NCBI GenBank assembly: GCA_965285935.1
Contig: OZ260661.1
Span: 51,398,001 to 51,462,000, forward strand
Length of the DNA stretch: 64,000 nucleotides
From: Ophelia neglecta
Taxonomy: Eukaryota
Direction: 5' to 3'
The notes under the pieces were generated by a model, which saw only the letters and a list, made by a program, of their open reading frames with translations, was not told the DNA's origin and did not search any database. Position 1 is the first letter of the stretch. Each line of letters opens with the position of its first letter. A program made the translations under genes and the position numbers. Positions 14,075 through 25,210 of this stretch are shown here, one piece after another.

Positions 14075-14535
14075 TTAGCTCATATACTATTATAAGTCTC
14101 TTTTCTAAGCCTGATTTCTGGGAATGAGCAGCTAAAATCAAGGGCATCCTTATGAACTGCTCCAAAATCTTCTTCATAGACACCATTTTTTAGAATTATC
14201 AAGCTGGGTGAGCACATGCAGCAATTATTACAATTGGGATGTTTAATCTTTAGTCATCTCCAAATGTTCCATCTCTTGAATTTGCCTTTCAGTAAACCTA
14301 TGACACGGCGTTCAACTTCAACGCGGATAAATGATTGGCAGCAGTTAAAGTTCTTTACAATTGATTATTATGGTACTAAAAGAGAATTGGAAAGTGGATA
14401 AGCAGAATCCCCTAACAATTGATATTTGGAAGGCAAAGGTTGTAGAAGTATTACGAGCGGAGAGTTCCTAACACCATGGCGTCATTAAAGATGATCCAGG
14501 AAATCCGATGGTGACCTTAATGAACAGGAGGTCTG
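14075..14535 (-). pseudogene. PIF/Harbinger transposase (DDE_Tnp_4, HARBI1-like) C-terminal fragment
   Basis: Minus strand gives DLLFIKVTIGFPGS..NDAMVL, PSKYQLLGDSAYPLSNSLLVP and RVEVER..IGLLKGKFKR, matching Harbinger GxPGSxHD, LGDSAYP and VERxxGxLKxRF motifs; frameshifts and stops. Confidence 0.85.
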
Positions 14536-15749
14536 AAGTTTGAAAATTGGGTGCAACACGTTCGCCTTGAGTTATTTTAGACAATATATGAATAAAAAAT
14601 ATCAGTAGCTGGGAGCAACCCTAAGAAATGAACCTATGTTACTTAGGAGCCACGATATAGAAAGTAATTTCCGCTCTAGCGGTACAGGGCGCCCTGCTAG
14701 AGGAGGGTTTAATGCCTGGCATGACTTAATCAAAACAGCTTTAAATTAAATTAGGACTTGAATTAGATATACTTACAAGTCACAGTTTAATTTACGTAAG
14801 TAATCAATGAACCGTAGGCATTACACAAAAAGGGGCGGGGTAATTTCTAGGCCTTTATACTGCCATGCATACGGGTAGGCTACATCCTTTAATTCAGACC
14901 GCCTTTTTGAAGATACTCCCTTGATTTCAAGAGCCTTATTTCAGGCGACCCCGCTTCTTTTGACCCTTATTTTCAGCTCTATTTGGGTCTTTTTTGTCTA
15001 TAGAGGTGTAGCTTATTTTGGGTGTAGCATACCCCCACCAATGTCCAAGGGGAGTCCCCCCCCCCCCAACCCCACCCGCATAGTTATATTTGTTAAATAT
15101 AGTGAATCTTATGTAGGGCGTACCTATAGACTCGACAGTTGGAATTAAGCGCCGATGCTACCCTTGCCCTTTAAATACCTGCACCGGAAAGTTGAACACC
15201 TGCAAGCCGAAAAGTAGTTCCCATCCATTCTTTCTCAAGAGCATGCCTCGTGGCTTAGTTGTATGTGTATAAAGGGGAACAAATCATGCGCTTGTATTGT
15301 ATGGATCTTAAATACAAATAAATGCACCCAATTTGAATTGCACTATTTAGGCCCTATATGCATTTATCAGAATGGAACACTGCCTTGTTAACTGTATATA
15401 GCTATTTAAATTCACGGGGCTCTCATAGACATGAGGAATTGAACACAATTAGATTTATCTAGGTCCAAAAGCAAGGACATCTATATAATCAAATTGACAA
15501 AAATATATGATAATTAATATAAAAATGGGGACCAACAAAAAAGTTGCTTATATATCCGTCATCAGCTTCTTTTTATCTGTATTAATTATTACAATTAATA
15601 CAACTATTAATGGTTCAAGATTTCCTTCCGCTGACTTAGGGAAAAAAGGAATACTATAAGTAATCTGTATCCAGTTTATATCTCATTGTTCACAAATGGT
15701 CGGTCCAATCAGTTCAGATTTTGTATAGATCCCCTGACAACTTTACTGC

Positions 15750-15942
15750 CAGTGGCGGATAGGGGGGGGGGGGGGCAGGGCCCCTCCCTTCCTTTTGCTA
15801 AAAAGTGGGCCCGAACCAGGGCCTATTTATGAACACACACAAGGTGGTTTCAGAGGGTTGGAAACGGGGACAATCCAAACATTTGCCTTGTCAGCCTTGG
15901 AAAATTTAGGCCATCCTTCCTGAAATGCTGGATGCACCACTG
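15750..15942 (-). mobile_element. ~195-bp non-autonomous TIR element (hAT-like termini), copy 1
   Basis: Termini CAGTGGCGGAT...GGATGCACCACTG; reverse-complement homologue of 25012-25210. No intact TSD. Confidence 0.75.
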
Positions 15943-16394
15943 ACCGCTCCCCGTTTTGCTCATTAGCATAGAGCATTCCTGGTCCAAAGCCATTTAGTGT
16001 TCGTTTCTTTGTTGTTTGTCGGGCTTTGCCTAACGTTAGGCATATTGGAATGGACTTGTTCCCTTCAACTTAAATGGTGATCTGACGCAACTTCCGAGAC
16101 TCTTTTCTCTCGACGAATGCAATATTGTCTAATCACAAGGCCATAATTAATAGTGAATTTTTCTTCCGCCGGTTATGAACTATCATAAAGTGTTTTATGT
16201 ACAATTAAGGTCAGTATGTTACCTGCAGCCACAGGAGAAAATTATTGCTATCTCAGCATTTAGGGTTGCAAACATATCTTCATTATCCGTATTTAGTCTA
16301 CCGGTTATGAGGGCGTTGGAGTCGTCAGCGAATAACGATAGGAGCAATGTATCAGAGAGATTTGCATGTAGGTTGAGTTTCTTCTTAGTTTCTT

Positions 16395-17431
16395 CTTATT
16401 GCTGTTTACCTTCGCCCTGCAGGATTGATATTCTTAAACCAATTGAATTCTCCGCCACAAGGCATGTAAACCAATCAGAGGTGACTAAATATTCAACAAC
16501 CATGAGGCCAATGCAAAAGCATCGCTGATTCGTTGATGATGATGTAAACACCTCGGATACACGTGGGCGCGATGCTTCGTACCCGAGAATGCCATTCTGT
16601 TTTGGGCCGATGGCTTATCACTGGGCCGTCTTATTAATTGAATTCCCCTCACACTATGTGTACATTAATACACCGGCACATAAAAAAAGACTGACTGATT
16701 TCATACTCGATTATACCCATAAGACGTAGAGCCCACATCGAGCGCCTGTTATACGAACAGGACATCGGGAGACTCGATTAGGCGGGTTTTTCAAACAGCT
16801 GTCAACAGAAGCGTAATTGCAACACGGACTTCGAATGCCGGTCGGACATTTATCGAAGGAGTCCCAACGAGTGGGGACTTTCGATCTTGATTTGGGGGTG
16901 TATGAAGCCGCGGAGGTGACATGTTAGTGTTGAATACTAGTCCCAGGAGAATGCAATGGCGGGCGAAAGGACCTCGATACCGTGCGATACAATGCTTACT
17001 CAACAGACAGGGGAGCGGCTATTGTTTTACATGTCCAATGTGTTTTATATTAATGGGCCTAGTTAGTACTCTTTTATTTTCTGGGAATGTGTCAGTTTGT
17101 TGCAGCTTCCGAATGCTCCGTTGTTTTTTAAGCATCGAGAGTTACCAATTATTCACTGAGGGGGTAACTTCGAGATTACACATTAAATGGAAAAAGCCTT
17201 CTCAAAATTCAAAACACGATGGTAGAGCTCGACATCCCTTCCTACCTCACGGCGCGATCCCACGTGTATCAGAGGTGTTTACATCATCATCAACGAATCA
17301 GCGATGCTTTTACATTGGCCTCATGGATGTTGAATATTTAGCCACCTCTGATTGGTTTACATGCCTTATGGCGGAGAATTCAATTGGTTTGAGTATATCA
17401 ATCCTGCAGGTCGAAGGTAAACAGCAATAAG
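16395..17431. mobile_element. 1.04-kb non-autonomous element with ~170-bp terminal inverted repeats
   Basis: 16395-16567 is the near-exact reverse complement of ~17259-17431 (CTTATTGCTGTTTACCTTCG...CGAAGGTAAACAGCAATAAG); no credible ORF inside. Confidence 0.9.
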
Positions 17432-17439
17432 GCACCTCG

Positions 17440-17935
17440 TGGTGGTTCGAGCATCACTTCAGTCCTCGGGTGGCAGGGCCTCATTTCCACCCAATCCGTC
17501 GAATTAGTGGGCAACAGAGTCCCTGTAATTAACAACTTCTAACACCCATCGTCGCCAATAAGAACTCCCATGTATATACCATATCCTGATCCACAGACAA
17601 AGTCACCCCCGTGGACACCATTTCAGGCAATATGTGGCAAAACCGACCGGAAACAATGCCACGTTGGTTCGCATCGACCCAGACGATATCCTGTCGAATA
17701 GCGGAAGGTGCCCTTACCGCACCGTAAGCAACAAGTAGGCCTACCCGAATTTGTACTCCCCGTACCTGCCAGGATACAAAAGATCTGCAGGTCCTCTTTA
17801 CCCACAAGAACATGTGTCCGTTTCTGGCGACGCAGAGGAAAGGACGCGAACCACAATACCTAAGGGGCAATTTGGATCTGTTGCAAGTGAAGTGTGGTGA
17901 GCTGAGGAAGACGGGTCTCCATGGAGATAGAGCTC
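17440..17935 (+). mobile_element. Gypsy LTR-retrotransposon pol fragment (region leading into RT)
   Basis: VRIDPDDIL...LPGYKRSAGP...NMCPFLATQRKGREPQYLRGNLDLLQVKCGEL matches the invertebrate Gypsy pattern DPDNIL...PGYNGAAGP...NMGPVxPPQRKGRVPQYSRDKLxELQxKFDEL (recalled). Confidence 0.75.
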
Positions 17936-18004
17936 TGCCTTTGTTCATCAAAACTGTCCTGTACGTGTTGTTAAACACTATACCAATCTCTAATAGTATC
18001 GCTT

Positions 18005-18810
18005 ATGGTTCACGTTATCGTTCACGGTTCACGGTTCATTATTCAGATTTCAGCTGAATAAGGAACATGGTGTAAAGTTGGACCATTATTCCAGTTCCTA
18101 GTTCATTATTCGCGATGAATTTTTTGTTACAGGTTATAGCGTTTTCTACGCGTTTTACCTTCCGGAGATCATTTCTACACGGTTAATTTACTTGCTTTCT
18201 TTCCCGATTTTTGACCGCCTCCTTGTTATTCACTGAGTTTTCTACCCCCTTTAGACCTCCGGGCCTTACCGGCAGCGCTGGCAGAACTGCCGGCTCGAGC
18301 ACCCTAGGCGAATAATGAACCGTGAACCGGGAGCTGCCAGTTCCTAGTTCATTATTGACCGAGAAAATTTCGCCACGGGTAATAGTGTTTTCTATGCCTT
18401 TTACCCTCTGGGAATCATATCTAGATCTCTACAATTAATTTTATATTTTTTCCTTGGAACTATCTACCCCCCTCGGACCTCCTGGCCTTACCGGCAGCGC
18501 TGGGTGAGCTGCCGGCTCGAGCACCCTCGGCGAATAATGAACCGTGAACCGGGAGCTGCCAGTTCCTAGTTCATTATTCGCCGAGAAACTTTTGCCTCGG
18601 GTAATAGTGTTTTCTATGCCTTTTACCCTCTGGGAATCATATCTAGATCTCTACAATTAATTTTATATTTTTTCCTTGGAACTATCTACCCCCCTCGGAC
18701 CTCCTGGCCTTACCGGCAGCGCTGGGTGAGCTGCCGGCTCGAGCACCCTCGGCGAATAATGAACCGTGAACCGGGAGCTGCCAGTTCCTAGTTCATTATT
18801 CGCCGAGAAT
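18005..18810. repeat. Tandem array of 222-bp units with internal inverted repeats
   Basis: CCAGTTCCTAGTTCATTATT at 18091, 18337, 18559 and 18781; units bracketed by GTTCATTATTCGCCGAG/CTCGGCGAATAATGAAC and containing a CCGGCAGC...GCTGCCGG hairpin. Confidence 0.9.
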
Positions 18811-18814
18811 TCGC

Positions 18815-19260
18815 AGCGCTAACAGGGAAGCACCGATGATAATCTCATGTGGGAGGAGCATCATTCGGCTCGGTTAAGCCACAAAAAGAGCCAACGAATA
18901 CTCCTTCATGCAAGCCAGGGGACCTTATATTTCTGCACTCGGATGGGTCAAAGGTCAAAGGACGTGAGGGGAACCTGGTTGTGGGAGGCGACGGCGACTG
19001 GTAGGCCTATAGCCTAACGTCAATAAATTCACCAGCAACCAGTTAAGGTTTCGATCATACAAAGTCCGTGCCCAGGACTATACATCCCTATCCGAATTCC
19101 GGGTCTGGAACCGATCCCAAATGAATTCCGGTCCACAGAGGTTGATCATTTAAGTGACGACCACCATGGACAATACCCCGAACAGGTTCGCGAGCAGGCT
19201 AAACTTCCGGTCGATGAATCGACCCCGGATGAACCAACCGGAACTGATATATCCGATAAA
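18815..19260 (+). mobile_element. Gypsy pol fragment (integrase C-terminal region), same family as 17440-17935
   Basis: PGDLIFLHSDGSKVKGREGNLVVGGDGDW..NVNKFTSNQLRFRSYKVR matches the recalled pattern GDLVYLxSDxxKxxARDRYLVxxxDGxWCNIRKFTGSQLRxxSYRV. Confidence 0.7.
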
Positions 19261-20729
19261 CTGTTGGCTTTTCTATGTGCATCGGGTCCCCAGTGTTATT
19301 GTGGCACGCTGGGCAAAGTATTGAAGATTGCCGGAAAGAAGAAACCCTGGCTTGCAACAGAAGAAATGATTCCGCACCAAATTTCCTTAACTTGCCCATA
19401 AGGACTTTTTATTGGAAAACTAACATATATTTTTATCAGAAAAATGGAATTTATTTAATATCAAATTTCAAAAAACGGAAATTGGTGTGATGTTTGAACA
19501 CATTCCATCGGTATATCCTGTATTTTCATGTCTATTGCTTGGGCCATCTCGGGGTTAACTGGGCAAGAATTACATGGAGGTGGGGGGGTGTGGGGTGGGG
19601 GTGGGGGCGGTTACCCATAACTATTATTAACTCTTAACAGTATACAATAGTGAATTAGACATGTAGATGTCACGAACTTTGCGAGTTGTGCGTAGGAACA
19701 ATGTCTGTCATAACCTGTGTTTGTTATACAGATTTATCTGTTGCATTATTCAAACTAACAGATGAATAGGATGTGTCTACTGCTTCACTGAAGTGGGCAA
19801 TTCTTTCTTTCATTAATTTTGTGAAATATGCCTCGTACTAGTAAAGTTCGGTATATGAACTATTTAAATACTAAGTTAATGAATGTGATTTGGATGAATT
19901 CAGCCCCCCCCCCCCTCTACCCCATCTGACTATCCTACTGCTCATTAGCCTATTTCTTTTCTCTGATTGATTCCGTTTCTAAATGGCTAACGGTGCTGAT
20001 GTGCTCGAAAATGACGCGCAATGGCCTCTTCTAAATAAACCCATGCATATAAATGGACTGGTGCTTAGTTTACCCTTAGAGTATATGTGGCCGCGGCCTT
20101 TCATAGGGTCACAAAGTATTACCCTGGATATTATATGGCATATTATGGGCTTAATTAGTCCACCTCAATTACTATTTGCAGTTACTCGATTGACCATTCC
20201 GGTAGGAAAAAATGCGCTTCACGCTTAATGGCAGTGGTTAAGATCTAAGCTAACGTACCAATGAAATGGTCCCTAGGAAGGATGCAGGCGTGAAGGTTAA
20301 ACAAAGATCTCAGTATATCCCGGAGGCCATGACCTAGGGTTTGCTGGATATAAATTAAAATCTCTTAAATACCGATTCCTACACCACTGGTATTGAGTCC
20401 CATATTACTGCCTGAATAATAACTAGGGCCTGTAGGCTTCTTTCCCATTTCACAACCTCTTACACGGAGTCTGCACATGTATAATACAGCCATTACATTC
20501 GAAGTCAATTAAAACAATTAAATAGTGTTTGCCCCTCAGTGGGGGGAATAATGATACACTTTGTCCGACTGTTCATGTTTAAGCTCGAATGAACCAAGTG
20601 TAGCCCCCTTTGGCAAAATAAGATTCTTACTAGAATTATCTTAAACGTTATCAGACTATTTATGTTTTAGTTATCATGATTGGTGGTTCAGGAGCAATGC
20701 ATACAGGCAAAATGGTTGCCCAAACCCCA

Positions 20730-20895
20730 GACACGTAAAAACGGGATTGGATACTCGGCAGACAAGGCGGAATCCCTAATCTAGAATAGTCCACTGATTC
20801 GTGCGAAATTCATCAGGAACCAGCAGTTACATAAAGCTCACAGATATCAATACATCAATCTCCAGCTCATAAGTAGTAAATAATGCAAATAGAAA
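20730..20895 (+). repeat. Old dispersed repeat (related copies at ~58970-59105 and inverted at ~35375-35397)
   Basis: ACGGGATTGGATACTCGGCAGAC vs ACGGGAGTGGATACTTGGCTGA and reverse complement GTCTGCCGAGTATCCATTCCC; downstream CATCAA..CCAGCTC is also shared with the 59-kb copy. Confidence 0.5.
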
Positions 20896-21660
20896 AATAA
20901 TCAATGAAAACATAAAACTAGACGTAATGAGAAGTAGGCAAGAATTTTCCCTGATTCGAGTTAGAAAACAAACATATGAGTCAACGTAGGACAGAGATGA
21001 AATATGCCCTTTGAGAGTCTTTGCTGGTCAAGGCTCTCTCAAAATTAAGGGATCAAATATGATATATCCTTAAAGCTAGTCCCTGAACAATGCGCCGACA
21101 GCGCCGCGCACGATACAGGGATTTCAAAAGGCGGAAGACAATCAATGAAAGGATATCAGATTTCCCTGTACATTATAGAGGAAAATGGTATTCAATTTCC
21201 TCGACCGTGCAGATATAAACTTTGTAAAGTGAACCAGATACGTTTACATTGGCATGAAGCAGATGCATATGAGCGAACGAGATCATTTACAGCCATTGCA
21301 GTCTTACTGCCTATACTAGGTGTTAAATGATGGCAACTAGAACCTCTACATAAACATTTCAAAAGGAGACATCGATCGTTTATTGAGTCTCGTTTAGGCT
21401 GGTGAAATTCGGCATTGGATTAACAAGTCCTCAAAGCGTAAATCATACTTTGATAAATTGGTGGAATATCTATCAGTAAATTTGTCAAATGACCGTTTTA
21501 ATCTGCAAAGTTCGTATGGCTGGGTCAGTAACAACAGGCCTACGTGTATTTTGTTAAAATCAGACAGAAAGTGATGGGGATTTACAAAGGCCTCAAGTAA
21601 AAAATGTTTAACCACCTATGCTGGTGAAATCGGAATTTTACTATCTAGGAACGGGAAGTT

Positions 21661-21773
21661 AAGTATTAGTTAAAGGATGAGGCGCCGTGTATTCGTGGAC
21701 ATAAATCACGAGCCCCGAAGAGGCGAGTTATTTATGTCCACGAATACACGGCGCCGAATCTTTTAACTTACTT
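21661..21773. repeat. Long hairpin/palindrome, probable end of a Crypton-like element
   Basis: Perfect 26-bp arms 21681-21706 and 21730-21755, imperfectly extendable to ~45 bp, around a GCC-CCGAAGA-GGC centre. Confidence 0.85.
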
Positions 21774-22139
21774 AAAAACTGCATAGGTGGACTAGATGGG
21801 GTGTTAATTTACTTCATTGTGCAAAAATGTATACCAAAACTTGTAAACAGACGTTCATTTCACGTCATGATTGGTGATCTTGTTCACCAAAATCAAGTCT
21901 CAATTCCCAACATTTACCGGGCCACCCTCTGCAGTTCATAAACTGTATCGTTCTCGCCCGTCGTCTGATCGTCCCTGGCCGTTGATGATTAACACAATGG
22001 GGTTATAAACACATTGCGTAATTACAAGCGACCACAATGCCATGTATAAATGCCTAGTAAATATACCCACACTTGTCTGGCTCGTGGAAACTTGTGTGGA
22101 AGGCCTTTGTGTTTTTGCTTTTTTATTACGTATGGAAAA

Positions 22140-22323
22140 ATGACTACGTATGAGCTGAACTACGCCATTTCTATATTCCTTTGTGAGGTAAGGAAACAAA
22201 ATTGGGAAGATTATCCGGGAAAAACTATACGAACTGTTAATTGGTCTTCAGCTGCATTTGGAATGTGTGGGTACACCAGTTAAATTCTTAGATGACCCTT
22301 GCTTTGTACAAATTAGAAACTGT
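22140..22323 (+). pseudogene. Crypton tyrosine-recombinase (DUF3504-associated, KCTD1/ZMYM/QRICH1-like) N-terminal fragment
   Basis: MTTYELNYAISIFLCEVRKQNWEDYPGKT / ELLIGLQLHLECVGTPVKFLDDPCFVQIRN (one frameshift) matches LNxxLxxFxxEVRKxxGxxYPxxTLxxxxxGLQ. Confidence 0.75.
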
Positions 22324-22356
22324 TCGTCCAATTTATCTCACATTTCAAAGATGCTT

Positions 22357-22475
22357 GTCTTTGTGATAATAATCAACTGTCATTGTGTTAATAATCAACT
22401 GTCTTTGTCTTAATAATGCACAATCTTTGTCTTAATAATGCACGGTCTTTGTCTTAATAATGCACGGTCTTTGTT
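22357..22475. repeat. ~21-bp tandem repeat, 5-6 copies
   Basis: (GTCTTTGTCTTAATAATGCACG)-like units, grading from TCAACT-type to GCACGG-type variants. Confidence 0.85.
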
Positions 22476-25011
22476 GTGGCTGTGCACTCGCGGATATAAT
22501 GCACGGCGACAACAATAGCGTTATGCAACCAAAAGTTTTTAACTATTGGAAAATCGAAATCATCTCTTTTGTCAAAAGGTGTGTACCAACCGAGCGCAGA
22601 CATTGGTCGACAGCCGTGGAGGTTGGGAGAACCATCTGCGGGAATGGGCTGTCTGCCTTGGGTTCGGGCAGAACCAGGTGCGAGAATTGTTTCACATGTT
22701 CCTGACCTATTTGGTGTTAATCCAGCTTATTTCCATATTATTCCACAGCTAAAAGCTTACACCTAGCAGACGCCACTTTAGGTAATTGGCAGTATTATGA
22801 AATAGATGGTTGGAATTTCAAAAGAGAAACACATTTCGGTGTATACGGAAGATTCGTATTTTATCTAGGAACATTTTTGGAAGGTAGTTTCGCTCTATGG
22901 CGGATTTATAAATATGACGTCCGAACTACGGCATATATTTCTTTTATTGCGAACTTCGGGCACGATGCGCATAGATCACTCCGCCAATATTACTATTTCA
23001 TACCAAAGATTATGATTGTGCGTTTAGAATGTAGTCCATTATTTCTAGTAAACTACAGATTGAGTGCCTTTAAGGTCGGGGACAGCCGAGTGAAGCCATT
23101 GACTAACGTCTTTGGGGCCGGGGTGCCCTATACCAGGCTAACATATAAAGCATTGCATTGAAACAAGCGGGAGTTGCTTAAACCACGTTCAAACCAAAAT
23201 CTTTGATGAGGAATCATTAATTAAACCGGTCCGAAGTAAAGGCTACCGGCGAATGAGACAGCTGCCCCTGTCCCTGTCACCAGCAACCCTACCGCTAAGA
23301 TTCATAACACTGGGTCCATTTTTTTCTATGGACATATTCACAGCGCTTGTTGCTGATCAGAGATGTGTATAAAATGTTGATATTGATCAACGGTTACTGT
23401 GAGAAATCGAATTAATTCATATTTATTCAGTAATAGGGAAGGGGTAATTACAGTTTGTGTGTCACTCCCTATTGCAGAAGGTATGAAACTCCACATCTTA
23501 AAAAATATTGTCGTCTGCAGTTGGTTGAACTCTCCGGCCCTTAGACACATAAAGTATATAAATTATCTTCTCCAAATGGTCCAAGGAGCAACGTAGGTTA
23601 TATTCCCTTTGATCCACTGCTCCTCAAATAAAACCAGGCTTCGCTTGCGACCATAAAATGTATTTTCTTGAGATCCCGCTGATTTCAGCTGCAAAATTGT
23701 TTGATAAGGGCAGCAGTTGAAGTGAGGAGCTCCTGATTGGCCGCAACCTTTAAAACTCAAGCATTTTGAAGAATTTAGCCATTGAGAAATCTTCTTATAT
23801 GGGCTCATTGTCGTCAACATCAAATAATTTTGCAGTCAAAATATAATATCGCAGCTAATATTGTGAATTAGTTTCGAAGAAGAAGTAATCACAGCAAAGT
23901 TTGTGCGCGGAAGCATGTGTTCCCTTAGCCAATCACGCATGGGCCTATAGGCCTACTAGTATATGTGGTTATCGTGCGTCACTGTGTCATTCTGGGCAAG
24001 GACAGGCTGAACACACTCTATAAAAAAAAATGTAGGCCTAACATCATGGTTGCGAACTGAAGAGAGCGGCTGCATGTTCTGTGGCTTTAATGGGCTGCTA
24101 AAAGACATTTAAATCTGCTCCAACTGTTGTCATGGTCTAACGTGTTGATGGTCTAGGAAATTTTGGGAAACGCAATGTAATGGTGGGCTGTCACCTTACC
24201 GTATGAGAACACGGTCATTCTAAAATTACCCTGCATAAACTATATTATGCGAGCTTCATATACAACAACTTTGTATCACTATTGATTATACCGACATTGC
24301 ATGGGACGACAGGAATCATGTTCCAAGATATAAATTTATAGCACTATGCCATGCATTGAAATTTGCATACCAGTAGATGTCAGTTACTGACGATTTCGTA
24401 AAGATTGAATGGAAAATACTGCTGAATTATTTCATTTTATCTTCCACGTATATACACTCCAAACTTTAATATATCAGTGTCACGCAGATTACAACTTTGC
24501 TTAATGTTAAATATAAACCACCAATCGTTTATACTTCAATATTATTTTCAAGTAGCTAATAGACTTTCAACACTAGCTTTAGTTGCGAACCATGTTTAAA
24601 CACTAAAGAGGGTCACTGGGGTAAGGACTTGTCCTGAACAAAGTAGAATACGTTTGTCTAGAAAAGATGGCTTTCCCAAATGACCCTCCTTGATAAGGAA
24701 TATACGCTGATTCACAGCATTACCGATCTATAAACGAGATCAAATTCCATGTTTACAATAATATATTGCACACCATTGTCTTTCGATAGCACATATGTCC
24801 TCTATCGTCTGTCAACTATGATGTTGTTATTCAAAGTAAACAACAGGAAAAAAATCGTTGTGTCGCGAATGTTTACCCGTATCTCTGGACTCTCGGCTCA
24901 TAGGCCGGGCATGAGAAACTATCTCAATCATGGTTTCAACCCATTCAGCAGAAGGGACTATCGGTGAACACCTTGAACTGCATAGAATTAGTAACCATAA
25001 GCCATTGTAGG

Positions 25012-25210
25012 CAGTGGCGGATCCAGGATTTCAGGAGGGGGGGGGGCAACTTTTCCACGGCTGACAAGGCAAATGTCTGGACTGTCCCCGTTACCAACCC
25101 TCTGAAGCCACCTTGCGTGGGTCCAGAAAAAGGCCCTGGTCCAGGCCCGTTTTTCGGCAAAAGGGGGGCCCAGGCCCCCTGCCCCTCCCTGCCACCTCAA
25201 TCCGCCGCTT
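25012..25210 (+). mobile_element. ~200-bp non-autonomous TIR element (hAT-like termini), copy 2
   Basis: Termini CAGTGGCGGATCCAGGATTT...AATCCGCCGCT; homologous to 15750-15942 in the opposite orientation. Confidence 0.75.

Noticed and set aside
16175-17430. ORFs 16175-16528 and 16921-17430 as genes
   Set aside because: They run through the inverted-repeat arms, have no recognisable domain and look like chance open frames.
18091-18810. Possible CRISPR-like array (palindromic repeats at regular spacing)
   Set aside because: The intervening sequences are near-identical rather than unique spacers, the period is 222 bp, there are no cas genes, and the context is eukaryotic.
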